DNA of 64,000 nt from Bacilli bacterium (lineage in GTDB: Bacteria; Bacillota_I; Bacilli_A; ML615J-28; CAG-698). Below are positions 49,007 through 58,959 of this stretch, in pieces (position 1 is the first letter of the stretch; every line of letters begins with the position of its first letter). Under the pieces are notes generated by a model. That model did no database searches. It was given only the letters and a program-made list of their open reading frames with translations, and had not been told where the DNA came from. The position numbers and the translations under genes were made by a program. The DNA lies in NCBI GenBank assembly GCA_050953065.1, contig JBMNLZ010000002.1, forward strand, positions 544,001 through 608,000, read 5' to 3'.

Positions 49007-50269
49007 TTATTTTTTCTTTCTTTTTTGTTCTAATTTTTCTAAAAAATCAATTCCATATTTTTCAAGAACGTAATCCATATCTTTGTCGCCTCTTCCAGAT
49101 AGATTAACTAGAATTGAACCTGTTGCTCCAGGTTTTCTTGCTTCTCTAATAGCATATGCTAGGGCGTGAGAACTTTCCAAAGCAGGAATAATACCTTCGT
49201 ATTTGGAAAGCAAGAAAAATGCTTCTAGTGCTTCCTCATCAGTAGCTGAATCATATTCAACACGATTGATACTGTGTAAAAAGGCATGTTCTGGACCTAC
49301 TGAAGGATAATCAAGTCCACTTGCGATTGAGTAAACTGGATCAGCTTCTCCTTTTTCGTTTTGAAGAAGAAGTGAGTTAAAACCATGTAAAATACCTTCT
49401 TTCCCATAAGTTACGCTTGCAGCGTGTTCTCCTTTTTTTGTTCCGATTCCCATTGGCTCAACACCAACAATTTTTACAGGATCTTTTAAAAAGGCTGAAA
49501 AGAATCCAATGGAATTACTTCCACCACCTACACATGCTGCAATAGTATCAGGTAATTCACCAGTCGTTTCCTTAAATTGTGCACGTGCTTCTTCGCCTAC
49601 AACCATTTGGAAATCTCTTACCATCATTGGAAATGGATGCGGTCCAACAGCTGAACCTATACAATAAATTGCTGTTTCATATTCATTTAAGTATGCATCA
49701 AAAGCTGCATCAACGGCTTCTTTTAAAGTCTTTAAGCCATGTGTGGCAGGAATAACACGAGCTCCTAATAATTTCATTCGAGCAACATTTGGGGCTTGTT
49801 TTTTAATATCAACCTCACCCATGTAAATGTCACATTCTAATCCAAAGAATGCAGCAGCAGTAGCTAATGCAACTCCGTGTTGTCCAGCGCCAGTTTCAGC
49901 GATTAATTTTTTCTTGCCTAAAAATTTAGCAAGTAGTCCTTCGCCCATACAGTGGTTTAATTTGTGTGCACCAGTATGATTTAAATCTTCTCTTTTTAGA
50001 TATATTTGCACTTTCCCTAATAATCTAGATAGTCTTTCACAATGATAAACCGGAGTCGGTCTTCCTTGAAATTCTTTTCTAATTCTACGTAGTTCGCTAA
50101 TAAATGAAGCAGATTTGCAAATAGTTTGATAAGCCTCTGTGATTTCATTGAATGGTTTAATTAGTTGTGGTGGTAAATACTGGCCTCCGTATTTTCCAAA
50201 ATAACCATTCTTGTCTGGGTAAGACTTAAAATAAGTCTCAAAAAAGTTTTTAAAGTCAACATTTTTCAT
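49007..50269 (-). CDS. trpB: Tryptophan synthase beta subunit, stand-alone
   Basis: [42 protein letters not shown]. Confidence 0.96.
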   Translation of the reverse strand: MKNVDFKNFFETYFKSYPDKNGYFGKYGGQYLPPQLIKPFNEITEAYQTICKSASFISELRRIRKEFQGRPTPVYHCERLSRLLGKVQIYLKREDLNHTGAHKLNHCMGEGLLAKFLGKKKLIAETGAGQHGVALATAAAFFGLECDIYMGEVDIKKQAPNVARMKLLGARVIPATHGLKTLKEAVDAAFDAYLNEYETAIYCIGSAVGPHPFPMMVRDFQMVVGEEARAQFKETTGELPDTIAACVGGGSNSIGFFSAFLKDPVKIVGVEPMGIGTKKGEHAASVTYGKEGILHGFNSLLLQNEKGEADPVYSIASGLDYPSVGPEHAFLHSINRVEYDSATDEEALEAFFLLSKYEGIIPALESSHALAYAIREARKPGATGSILVNLSGRGDKDMDYVLEKYGIDFLEKLEQKRKKK

Positions 50270-50327
50270 TTTTTAAAATCCTTCCTTTCTTTTTTCTTTT
50301 TTTAAAATGAATGTTGCCTTTAGCATT

Positions 50328-50603
50328 TAAAAAAAGTCCTTTTAAAGACATAATAAATATATCTTTAAAAGGACAAGTATTTCATACCTGCGGTGCCACC
50401 TTTTTTGCTATCATACGATAACCACTTTTCTAAATGCTAACACATTTATGCTTTGTAACGTAAGCTCACGTTGTAAGCTACTTTCAAAATTTGATTTCGC
50501 CACACCCTCAAAGGCCCATTTACTAAAGTGTTACCTATCTAACTCACACCAACGTTAGACTCTCTTTAAGGACATCGATAGTTTTACTTCCTTATCATCG
50601 GTT
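50328..50603 (-). ncRNA. T-box riboswitch, Trp specifier (TGG)
   Basis: Minus strand: AGAGAG and GGTGTGA boxes; specifier AAA-TGG-G (50516-50518); T-box AAAAAAGGTGGCACCGCAG (about 50388-50406); terminator GTCCTTTTAAAGA...TCTTTAAAAGGAC-T7. Confidence 0.9.
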
Positions 50604-50609
50604 TAGTTA

Positions 50610-50638
50610 ATTATATCATTCTTAAAAATTAAATGCAA
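50610..50638 (-). promoter_or_regulatory. Sigma-A promoter of the trpB leader
   Basis: TTGCAT-17 bp-TATAAT with extended -10 TG. Confidence 0.75.
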
Positions 50639-50680
50639 GCAAAATCATAAAAATATTGATAAAAAAATAATATTTAACAG

Positions 50681-50709
50681 TTGATAAAAAGCAAGTTGTA
50701 TGTTAAAAT
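50681..50709 (+). promoter_or_regulatory. Sigma-A promoter of the oadA-like gene
   Basis: TTGATA-17 bp-TAAAAT with extended -10 TG. Confidence 0.6.
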
Positions 50710-50783
50710 ATCTTAGAATGCGCTAAAAAACATATTTAATAAAGAAAGGAGAAGCTATTGTTGTAATAAGTAGCTAAAAAAGT

Positions 50784-52574
50784 ATGAAAGTTAAAGTAGT
50801 TGAAACTTCTTTAAGAGATGGACATCAGTCATTAATCGCAACGAGAATGACAACTGATGAAATTATGGAAATCGTTGAGTATCTTGATAATGCAGGTTAT
50901 CATGCGTTAGAAGTTTGGGGTGGTGCAACGTTTGATTCTTGTTTAAGATTTTTAAATGAAGATCCATGGGAAAGATTAAGAAACATTAAAAAAGCATGTA
51001 AGAAAACAAAGTTACAAATGCTTTTTAGAGGCCAAAATATTTTAGGCTACAAACATTATTCTGATGATATAGTTGATAAGTTTGTTCAAAAATCAATTGA
51101 AAATGGTATTGATATTATTAGAATTTTTGATGCTTTAAATGATATTAGAAATTTAAAAACAGCAGTAGATTCGACTGTTAAATATAAAGCTCATTGTCAA
51201 ATTGCTTTGAGTTATACTACAAGCCCTGTTCACACTGTTCAATATTATGTTGATTTAGCAAAAGAAATTGAAAAAATGGGAGCTCATTCTATTTGTATAA
51301 AAGATATGGCTGGTGTTTTATTGCCTGAGGATGCTTTTGAATTAATCAGTAAACTAAAAGCTAATACAAAATTGCCGATTGAATTACATAGTCATTGTAC
51401 TGGTGGAATTGCTGAAATGACTTATAGAAGAGCAATTGATGCTGGTGTTGATATAATTGATACAGCGTTATCGCCATTTGGTGGCGGAACTAGTCAACCA
51501 CCAACTGAATCATTTCAATATGCTCTAGCAAATACAAAATACGATCCAGGTTTAAATGTTGAAATGTTAGAAAAAGCTGTTTCAATTTTAACTAAAACAA
51601 AAGATAAGTATTTGGAATCAGGAATGCTTAATCCAAAAGCTCTTACTTCTAATCCTGCTATTTTAAAATATCAAGTTCCTGGTGGAATGTTATCTAATTT
51701 AATGAGTCAGTTAAAAGCTCAAAATGCTATGGATAAATATGATGCAGTATTAAAAGAAATTCCAAAAGTTAGAAAAGACTTAGGATATCCTCCTTTAGTT
51801 ACTCCTCTATCTCAAATGGTGGGTACTCAAGCAGTTATGAATGTAATTTCTGGTGAAAGATATAAAATGATTCCTTCAGAAGTTAAAGAATATGTTAAAG
51901 GATTATATGGTAAGGCTCCAGCACCTATTGCTGATAATATTAAGAAAAAAATAATAGGTGATGAAAAAGTAATTACTCATAGACCAGCAGATGATATTAA
52001 ACCTCAATTTGAAGCGCTAAAAGCAAAATATAAGGATTTAGTTAAATCTGATGAAGATGTACTTTCTATTGCGTTATTTGAAAACGTAGCGGTTCAATTT
52101 TTAGAAAATAAAGGTAAACCTAAAAAAGAAACTGTAGATGCAGCTATTCAAGAAACAAAAACTGTGTCAGCTACTCCAGTGGCTAATGCTCCTGTATCAA
52201 AGATATATAATGTTAGAGTAAATAATAAGTTCTACGAAGTTGAATTAGGAAGTGCAGTTGCTGGTTCTCAGATGTCAATTCCTGCTGCGCCTGTTACAAC
52301 TCAAGTAGTAGCACCAGTAGCAACTCCTGCAACACCAGTTCGTTCTGTTAGCAATGGTAAAAACATTCAAGTTACGGCTCCAATGCAAGGTGTTATTATT
52401 AAAATCTTAGTTCAAGAAGGTGCGACTATTCAAAAAAGCCAACCGATTGTGGTTCTTGAAGCTATGAAATTAGAAAATGAAATCTATGCACCTGAAGGTG
52501 GAGTTGTTACTAAAATAGCTGTATCTCAAGGCCAAAATGTAAATAATAAACAATTATTATTTGTTATCGATTAA
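50784..52574 (+). CDS. oadA: Oxaloacetate decarboxylase alpha/pyruvate carboxylase B subunit with fused biotin carrier
   Basis: LRDGHQS, EVWGGATFD, IKDMAG, HSH, VPGGM, LVTPLSQ; Ala/Pro linker; EAMK biotinylation site. Confidence 0.9.
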   Translation: MKVKVVETSLRDGHQSLIATRMTTDEIMEIVEYLDNAGYHALEVWGGATFDSCLRFLNEDPWERLRNIKKACKKTKLQMLFRGQNILGYKHYSDDIVDKFVQKSIENGIDIIRIFDALNDIRNLKTAVDSTVKYKAHCQIALSYTTSPVHTVQYYVDLAKEIEKMGAHSICIKDMAGVLLPEDAFELISKLKANTKLPIELHSHCTGGIAEMTYRRAIDAGVDIIDTALSPFGGGTSQPPTESFQYALANTKYDPGLNVEMLEKAVSILTKTKDKYLESGMLNPKALTSNPAILKYQVPGGMLSNLMSQLKAQNAMDKYDAVLKEIPKVRKDLGYPPLVTPLSQMVGTQAVMNVISGERYKMIPSEVKEYVKGLYGKAPAPIADNIKKKIIGDEKVITHRPADDIKPQFEALKAKYKDLVKSDEDVLSIALFENVAVQFLENKGKPKKETVDAAIQETKTVSATPVANAPVSKIYNVRVNNKFYEVELGSAVAGSQMSIPAAPVTTQVVAPVATPATPVRSVSNGKNIQVTAPMQGVIIKILVQEGATIQKSQPIVVLEAMKLENEIYAPEGGVVTKIAVSQGQNVNNKQLLFVID

Positions 52575-52598
52575 AGTTAGGTTATCCTAACTTTTTTT
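52573..52598 (+). terminator. Intrinsic terminator
   Basis: AAAGTTAGG-TTAT-CCTAACTTT plus T tract. Confidence 0.8.
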
Positions 52599-52635
52599 GT
52601 TTTAAAATAATCTTTGATATGTTATAATAATAAAT

Positions 52636-53352
52636 ATGAGAAAATATATATATTTTGATGTGCTTCCATCAACAAACGATTATATAAAAGAAAATTATCA
52701 GAATCTTTCTAACTTAGACATTGTAATAGCCAAACACCAAACTAAAGGTAAGGGGAGACTTTCAAGAACCTGGGAAGATAACTCTAACAGTATTTTATTG
52801 TCAATGTTAATAAAACCTAAAAAAGATCTTTCTGTAAGTTTAATACCTTTAGTAGCTAGTGCTGTGGTTTATAAATTCTTAAAAGAATATCTTGATAATG
52901 TTAAAATAAAATGGCCTAATGATATATTAGTAAATGGTAAAAAAATAGCGGGCATTTTAGTTGAAGCTAAATATCTAGAAAAGTTTGAATATTTGGTTGT
53001 AGGAATTGGTATTAACATTAATGATGAGGATTTTAATAAGAATTTAAAAGAAAAAGCAATCTCTCTATATGAAGTTATTAGAAAAAAAGAAAATATATTA
53101 GAAATGTATGAAAAATTTTCTAATATGTTAAGATCTGAATATAAATTATTTCTAAAGAATAAATCTGACTTTCTAACAGTGAATAGAATAAATTCTGCTA
53201 TAATAGGAGAAGAGGTTTATTTAGAAATAGAAGGTAATAAAGAAAAGGTAAAAGTTTTAGATATAACAGATGATGGTGCAATTTTAGTTAACTATAATAA
53301 TCAAAACAAAACTTTTACTTCGGGAGAAGTTACATTAAATAAAAATTATTAA
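52636..53352 (+). CDS. birA: Biotin-protein ligase (group I, no HTH)
   Basis: STND, QTKGKGR, KWPNDI, KKIAGIL, GIGIN. Confidence 0.95.
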   Translation: MRKYIYFDVLPSTNDYIKENYQNLSNLDIVIAKHQTKGKGRLSRTWEDNSNSILLSMLIKPKKDLSVSLIPLVASAVVYKFLKEYLDNVKIKWPNDILVNGKKIAGILVEAKYLEKFEYLVVGIGININDEDFNKNLKEKAISLYEVIRKKENILEMYEKFSNMLRSEYKLFLKNKSDFLTVNRINSAIIGEEVYLEIEGNKEKVKVLDITDDGAILVNYNNQNKTFTSGEVTLNKNY

Positions 53353-53367
53353 TAAGAGGTTTAAATT

Positions 53368-54849
53368 ATGAGGGCTGGTATTTTATTACATATTTCTTCA
53401 CTACATTCTCCTTATGGAATTGGGACATTAGGAAAAGAAGCATATAAATTTGTAGATTTTTTAAAAGACTCTGAACAGTCTTATTGGCAAATCTTGCCAA
53501 TAAATCCTACCTCAATTGGAGATAGCCCTTATCAATCCCCTTCAGTGTTTGCGTTTAATCCTTATTTTATAGATTTAGATATGCTAGTTGCTGATAAATT
53601 AATAAAAAGATCATCTATAAAAACTCTAAAAAAATTTGAAGGCGGAGAAAAAGCTGAATATGGGTACTTGTTTGAAACAAGGATGAACGTTTTAAAACAA
53701 GCCTATGATAATTATAAATTGTTTGAAAAAGAATATTTTGATTTTAAAACAAAAAATAGAAAGTGGATTTTTTCATATGGTGTTTTCTGTTTTTTAAAAG
53801 AAAAACATGGCTTTGTTTCATGGGACAATTGGTCAAAAGAATATAAAATTATAGATTTAGATAAAGTAGATGAAATCTATGAGGCTAACAAACAAGAAAT
53901 AGAAAGAATTATGTTTGTGCAATTTCTTTTTTTAAAACAATGGAATGCTTTGAAAGAATATGCAAATGATAAAGGTGTTAAAATTATTGGGGATATTCCA
54001 ATTTATGTTGCCTATGATTCAGTAGATGTTTGGCTAAATTCTGAACTTTTCCAACTTGATTCTAAGAAAAAGCCAACTCATGTTGCGGGATGCCCACCTG
54101 ATGCTTTTTGTAAGAAGGGACAACTTTGGGGTAATCCTTTATATGATTGGGACAAAATGAAGAAAACTAACTATCAATGGTGGATTGATAGAATGAACCA
54201 AGCGATGGAAATGTTTGATATAGTTAGAATAGATCACTTTAGAGGTTTTAGTGCATATTATAGTATTAAGTTTGGAAATAAAACTGCTATTAAGGGACAA
54301 TGGATTAAAGGTCCTGGAACTAAACTTTTTAAAACGATTGAAAAAAATACTTTTAGATTAGATGTAATAGCTGAAGATTTAGGCTTTATTGACCAAGATG
54401 TTATTAATATGCTCTGGGATACTGGCTATCCTGGTATGAAGATTTTTCAGTTTGAAATTTCTAAAACTGTTAAAGAAACTTTAGAAAGATTTAAAACAAT
54501 TCCGAAGAATACTATTTTATATACTGGGACTCATGATAATTTACCAATAGTTGCTTGGGCGAATAGTTTAGAAGATAAATATAAAACAGTTTTAAAAAAG
54601 ATTTTGAATTATAGTGGTAAAAAAGTCAATGAAGCGATAATTGAATATTGTTATAAAGCTAACTCAAAAACTGTAATAATTCCGTTCCAAGATTTTATTG
54701 GAGCAGGAGAGGATAAAAGGATGAACACGCCTTCTACACTAGAGGGTAATTGGGTTTATAGAATTTCAAAAAAAGATTTATCTAAAAAGTTAGCAGAAAA
54801 AATTAAAGTATTATCTGAAAAATATGGTAGAGAGCAAAGCGTCTTATAG
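53368..54849 (+). CDS. malQ: 4-alpha-glucanotransferase (GH77)
   Basis: GILLHISSL, WQILP, DSPY, RIDHFRG, IAEDLG, TGTHDN. Confidence 0.96.
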   Translation: MRAGILLHISSLHSPYGIGTLGKEAYKFVDFLKDSEQSYWQILPINPTSIGDSPYQSPSVFAFNPYFIDLDMLVADKLIKRSSIKTLKKFEGGEKAEYGYLFETRMNVLKQAYDNYKLFEKEYFDFKTKNRKWIFSYGVFCFLKEKHGFVSWDNWSKEYKIIDLDKVDEIYEANKQEIERIMFVQFLFLKQWNALKEYANDKGVKIIGDIPIYVAYDSVDVWLNSELFQLDSKKKPTHVAGCPPDAFCKKGQLWGNPLYDWDKMKKTNYQWWIDRMNQAMEMFDIVRIDHFRGFSAYYSIKFGNKTAIKGQWIKGPGTKLFKTIEKNTFRLDVIAEDLGFIDQDVINMLWDTGYPGMKIFQFEISKTVKETLERFKTIPKNTILYTGTHDNLPIVAWANSLEDKYKTVLKKILNYSGKKVNEAIIEYCYKANSKTVIIPFQDFIGAGEDKRMNTPSTLEGNWVYRISKKDLSKKLAEKIKVLSEKYGREQSVL

Positions 54850-54858
54850 ACGCTTTTT
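54836..54858 (+). terminator. Intrinsic terminator
   Basis: AAAGCGTCT-TAT-AGACGCTTT plus T tract. Confidence 0.75.
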
Positions 54859-54872
54859 ACTCACTATTTTAA

Positions 54873-54915
54873 TTAGCACTTAAGTATTGACAGTGCTAAA
54901 AATATGTGTTATAAT
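54873..54915 (+). promoter_or_regulatory. CIRCE (HrcA operator) overlapping the htpG promoter
   Basis: TTAGCACTT-N9-CAGTGCTAA (54873-54899); TTGACA(54887)-17 bp-TATAAT(54910). Confidence 0.88.
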
Positions 54916-54936
54916 GTTTAAAAATGGAGGTATATT

Positions 54937-56847
54937 ATGGCAGAAGTAAGAGAATTTAAAACAGAATCGAAAAGATTGCTGGAGTTAATGATTAATTCTA
55001 TCTATACTAATCGTGAAATATTTTTAAGAGAACTAATATCAAATGCCAGTGATGCGATTGATAAATATCATTTTTTATCACTGACAAATGATAAATTAGA
55101 AAAAAGAGATTTTCAAATTTTTTTAGAAATAGATAAAAGTAAGAGATTGTTAAAAATCACTGATAATGGAATTGGAATGACATATGAAGAATTAAATGAT
55201 AGCCTAGGAACTATAGCTAAGAGTGGTTCTTTTGAATTCATGCAAAAATTAAAAGAATCAGAAAAAGACCAAATCGATGTTATAGGACAATTTGGAGTAG
55301 GTTTTTATTCTGCGTTTATGGTTGCTGGTTTAGTTGAAGTATATACAAAGTCTCCTTTTAGTGATAAAGGATACTATTTTAAGTCAACTGGTGAAGATAC
55401 TTATGAAATTGAAGAAAAAGAAGGTTTAAATCCAGGAACTTCGATTGTTTTAAGTATTAGAAAAAATCAAAAAGAAGATAACTATGATGAATTTTTAGAA
55501 CAATATAATTTAAGAAGGTTAGTTAAAAAATATTCAGATTATGTAAAATATCCTATTAAAATGGAAATAACTAAAGAACTTCCTAAAAAAGATAAGGAAG
55601 GCAACATAGTTGAAGGTAAATATGAAAAAATAACAGAATTAGAAACTCTTAATAGCATGATTCCTATTTGGAGAAAACCTAAAAAAGAATTAAAAGATGA
55701 AGAGTTAGCTGAATTCTATAAGCAACAATATTATGATTATAAAGATCCTTTGACTCATATTTATATAAATGTAGAAGGAAATTTAACTTATAAAGCTTTA
55801 ATCTTTATTCCTCAAAAACCACCTCAAAATTTATATTCTGAAAAATATGAAAAAGGATTGGCACTATATTCAAAAGGCGTTTTTATTATGGAAAAATGCA
55901 AAGAATTAGTTCCTGATTATTTAAGATTTGTAAAAGGTGTTGTAGATTCAAGTGACCTTTCTTTAAATATAAGTCGTGAAATTTTACAACAAAATAAAGA
56001 CTTACAAAAAATTGCTGTAAATGTAGAAAAGAAAATCTTATCAAAATTAGAAGAAATTTTAAAAAATGATTATGATAAATATTTAGAGTTTTTCAATAAT
56101 TTTGGAATAAATCTTAAATTTGGTATTTATGATAATTTTGGTGAGAAAAAAGATTTACTAAAAGATTTAGTATTATACACTACTGTTAATGAAGAAAAAC
56201 CAATCACATTGAAAAAATATCTTGAACAAATGAAGGAAGGTCAAGAATTCATATATTATGCTTCAGGGAAAAATAAAAATGCCGTTCTTGCAATGCCTCA
56301 GATGGATATGATTAAAAAACAAGGATTTGATGTTTTAGTACTAACAGATGATGTAGATGAGTTTGCTATTACTATTTTAAATGAATATGATGGAAAAAAA
56401 TTTAAATCAATTAATCAAGGTGATTTAGGACTTTTAAGCAAAGAGGAAGAAGAGGCTTTCAAAGAAAAACAAGAAGACAAGAAATCATTACTTGAAAGAA
56501 TTAAGGAAGTATTAAAAGACGAAGTTACTGATGTCAAACTTTCAAAAAGATTAACATCATCTCCTGTTTGCTTAGTTAGTGATGAAGGATTATCTTTTGA
56601 AATGGAAAAAGTTATAGCTGCAATTCCATCTAGTGAAAAACCTAAAGCATCAAAAATTTTAGAAATTAATCCTAATCATGAATTGTTTAAAGCAATTGAT
56701 AGATTGTTTATTGATAATGATCCTGATTTTGATAAATATGTAGATTTATTATATTCGCAAGCTTTATTAATTGAAGGATTTCCTTTAAAAGATCCAGTTG
56801 ATTTTTCTAATAAAATGTGTGATTTAATGGTAAAAAGTATAAAATAA
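54937..56847 (+). CDS. htpG: Chaperone HtpG (Hsp90)
   Basis: FLRELISNASDA, DNGIGM, IGQFGVGFYS, LNISRE, LEINP. Confidence 0.97.
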   Translation: MAEVREFKTESKRLLELMINSIYTNREIFLRELISNASDAIDKYHFLSLTNDKLEKRDFQIFLEIDKSKRLLKITDNGIGMTYEELNDSLGTIAKSGSFEFMQKLKESEKDQIDVIGQFGVGFYSAFMVAGLVEVYTKSPFSDKGYYFKSTGEDTYEIEEKEGLNPGTSIVLSIRKNQKEDNYDEFLEQYNLRRLVKKYSDYVKYPIKMEITKELPKKDKEGNIVEGKYEKITELETLNSMIPIWRKPKKELKDEELAEFYKQQYYDYKDPLTHIYINVEGNLTYKALIFIPQKPPQNLYSEKYEKGLALYSKGVFIMEKCKELVPDYLRFVKGVVDSSDLSLNISREILQQNKDLQKIAVNVEKKILSKLEEILKNDYDKYLEFFNNFGINLKFGIYDNFGEKKDLLKDLVLYTTVNEEKPITLKKYLEQMKEGQEFIYYASGKNKNAVLAMPQMDMIKKQGFDVLVLTDDVDEFAITILNEYDGKKFKSINQGDLGLLSKEEEEAFKEKQEDKKSLLERIKEVLKDEVTDVKLSKRLTSSPVCLVSDEGLSFEMEKVIAAIPSSEKPKASKILEINPNHELFKAIDRLFIDNDPDFDKYVDLLYSQALLIEGFPLKDPVDFSNKMCDLMVKSIK

Positions 56848-56878
56848 AGTCGTGATTTTCACGACTTTATTTTTTTTA
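56841..56878 (+). terminator. Intrinsic terminator
   Basis: AAAATAAAGTCGTG...CACGACTTTATTTT plus T tract. Confidence 0.85.
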
Positions 56879-56914
56879 TTTAAATTTTATAAAAAATAAC
56901 ATTTTAAAAAAAGG

Positions 56915-56943
56915 TTGCATACTTAATTTTATAGTGTTATAAT
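56915..56943 (+). promoter_or_regulatory. Sigma-A promoter of topA
   Basis: TTGCAT-17 bp-TATAAT with extended -10 TG. Confidence 0.7.
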
Positions 56944-56970
56944 TTAAAAGCGAAAAAGGTGGTATTTAAA

Positions 56971-58959
56971 ATGTCGAAGTATTTAGTTATTGTGGAGAGT
57001 CCAGCAAAATCAAAAACAATAGAAAAATATTTAGGAAGTGATTATTTCGTTGCTTCTAGCAAGGGACACGTACGTGATCTTACAACAAGAGGTTTTGGTG
57101 GATTCGGAGTGGATATTGAAGATAATTTTAAACCTATGTATAAAGTTTTAAAAGATAAAAGTGCTGTTGTTAAAGAACTTAAACAAATGGTAAAATCTGC
57201 AGACAAAGTATTTCTAGCAACTGACCCAGATAGAGAGGGTGAGGCTATTAGTTGGCATTTATATGAAATCTTAGGGTTAGAAGAAAAAGATTATGAAAGA
57301 ATTGTTTTTCATGAAATTACAAAAAAAGCCGTTTTAAATGCTTTAGAAAATGGTAGAGATCTTGATTTGAATTTAGTAAGATCCCAAGAATCAAGAAGAA
57401 TTTTAGATAGAATAATTGGCTTTAGTTTATCAAAATTACTTCAAAGAAAAATTGGTTCTAAATCTGCCGGTAGAGTTCAATCAGTAGCTTTAAAATTAAT
57501 TGTAGATAGGGAAAAAGAGATTCAAAAATTTATTCCTGAAGAATATTGGGAAATGTTTTGTGAGTTTAAAAAAAATAAAGAACAATTAAAGGCTAAATTA
57601 ATTTCTTTTAATGATGAAAAAATAAAACTTACAAATGAAGAAGAAACAAAAAAAGTATTATCTGCTTTAGGGAAAAACTATATTGTTTCTAATATAATCA
57701 ACAAAGAAAGAGAAAAATCTTCAAAGCCTCCTTTTATTACTTCTACATTACAACAAGAAGCTTCAAGTAAGTTTAATTTTAATGTGAGAAAAACAATGCA
57801 AATTGCTCAAAAGTTGTATGAAGGAATTGAATTAGGAGATGAAAGGGTAGGTATTATTACTTATATTAGAACTGATTCTCAAAGATTGTCAGATCAATTT
57901 TTAAACGATGGTAAAAAATATATTTTTAAAGAATTTGGAGAGAAGTATTATAAGGGATATCAAGATATTAAAGACAAGAGTAAAAATATTCAAGATGCTC
58001 ATGAAGCAATTAGACCTTCTAATATCAATTACACTCCAGAGTATGTAAAAAAATATCTTTCAAATGATGAATATAAATTATATACTATTATTTATAATCG
58101 AGCTATTGCATCTATGATGAGCAATGCTGTAATTGAAGATGAAAAAGTTAAAATCGATAACAATGGTTACATTTTTGAAATAAATGGTGAAAGAGTAATT
58201 TTTGATGGCTATTTAAAAATTTATTCAAAATATGAAGAAGAAGATAAAACATTACCAAAATTTGAACTTTCAGAAAAAATAGTCAATCCTAAAATTATTA
58301 CAGAACAAAAATTTACTAATCCTCCATTAAGATATTCAGAAGCAAGATTAATTAAAAAGATGGAAGAGTTAGGGATTGGAAGACCATCTACTTATGCTGT
58401 TACCATTGAAACTTTAAAACAACGCTATTATGTAAAAGTAGAAAAGAAAGTATTTGTTCCGACAGAACAAGGAATTTTAACTTCAGAAAAGTTAGATGAG
58501 TTTTTTAGTAAAGTTATAAATATTGAATATACTGCTAAAATGGAAAAAATACTTGACGAAATTTCTGAAGGTGAAAAAAATTGGTCTGATGAATTAAAAC
58601 GATTTTATAATGATTATATGCCTTTAGTTGATTATGCTAATGAAAAGATGGAAAAAATTTATCCGATCTACTTAGATGAAGATTGTCCTCAATGTGGATC
58701 AAAGTTAGTCTATAGAAATGGTAGATTTGGCCGTTTTGTTGCTTGTAGTGGTTTTCCTAATTGTAGATATATTAAAAAAAATGAAGAAGATGAACCTGAA
58801 AAAACTGATGTTAAGTGTCCTGTTTGTAAAGAAGGCAACATAGTTATTAGAGTAGGCAGAAAAGGCAGAGCAAAAGGGAAGAAGTTTTATGCTTGTGATA
58901 GATATCCAGATTGTAAAACAACTTTTTCAGAATTGCCAAGTCAAGGTGAAGAAAAATGA
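56971..58959 (+). CDS. topA: DNA topoisomerase I
   Basis: IVESPAK, ATDPDREGE, SAGRVQ, ITYIRTD, AHEAIRP, two C4 zinc ribbons; start ATG 56971. Confidence 0.97.
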   Translation: MSKYLVIVESPAKSKTIEKYLGSDYFVASSKGHVRDLTTRGFGGFGVDIEDNFKPMYKVLKDKSAVVKELKQMVKSADKVFLATDPDREGEAISWHLYEILGLEEKDYERIVFHEITKKAVLNALENGRDLDLNLVRSQESRRILDRIIGFSLSKLLQRKIGSKSAGRVQSVALKLIVDREKEIQKFIPEEYWEMFCEFKKNKEQLKAKLISFNDEKIKLTNEEETKKVLSALGKNYIVSNIINKEREKSSKPPFITSTLQQEASSKFNFNVRKTMQIAQKLYEGIELGDERVGIITYIRTDSQRLSDQFLNDGKKYIFKEFGEKYYKGYQDIKDKSKNIQDAHEAIRPSNINYTPEYVKKYLSNDEYKLYTIIYNRAIASMMSNAVIEDEKVKIDNNGYIFEINGERVIFDGYLKIYSKYEEEDKTLPKFELSEKIVNPKIITEQKFTNPPLRYSEARLIKKMEELGIGRPSTYAVTIETLKQRYYVKVEKKVFVPTEQGILTSEKLDEFFSKVINIEYTAKMEKILDEISEGEKNWSDELKRFYNDYMPLVDYANEKMEKIYPIYLDEDCPQCGSKLVYRNGRFGRFVACSGFPNCRYIKKNEEDEPEKTDVKCPVCKEGNIVIRVGRKGRAKGKKFYACDRYPDCKTTFSELPSQGEEK

